From: Planctomycetota bacterium
GTDB taxonomy: Bacteria; Planctomycetota; UBA8108; UBA1146
Direction of reading: 5' to 3'
DNA: 29,741 bases
Assembly: GCA_036338595.1 (NCBI GenBank)
Contig: JAYZBV010000020.1
Span: 1 to 29,741 of the forward strand
This document shows, piece after piece, positions 28,131 to 29,741 of this stretch. Below the pieces are notes generated by a model. The model did no database searches. It saw only the letters and a list, made by a program, of their open reading frames with translations, and was not told the DNA's origin. Made by a program: the position numbers and the translations under genes. Each line of letters opens with the position of its first letter. Positions within the stretch are counted from its first letter, which is position 1.

Positions 28131-29741
<1,611 letters not shown>

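Overview
A chromosomal, mostly housekeeping region of a GC-rich bacterium (roughly 59% GC by eye). It is most likely a Planctomycetota member, inferred from the polA-coaE-rho operon, RpoD motif variants, a divergent dnaA without dnaN, and planctomycete-style hypothetical proteins. Gene order: a secreted beta-propeller protein cut by the left edge (-), accB-accC (+), five prepilin/pseudopilin genes (+), rho-coaE-polA (-), TM/coiled-coil/BRCT protein, enlarged tatC, cinA, mnmD, HEAT-like exported protein, divergent dnaA, recG, small exported protein, HTH-acidic-TM protein, OmpA/MotB-like lipoprotein, rsmA, dnaG and rpoD (cut by the right edge). Both edge genes are missing from the ORF track and were translated by hand. 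I saw no mobile elements, CRISPR arrays, tRNA or rRNA. The best leads are: a DnaA with an altered DNA-recognition helix behind a cluster of TTWTCC half-boxes; a ~190-nt self-closing structured RNA candidate after recG; membrane-anchored BRCT and HTH proteins; TatC with a ~190-aa insert; and an orphan pilin cassette with a possible switch-like leader. All assignments come from motif recognition by eye, with no searches or folding programs run.
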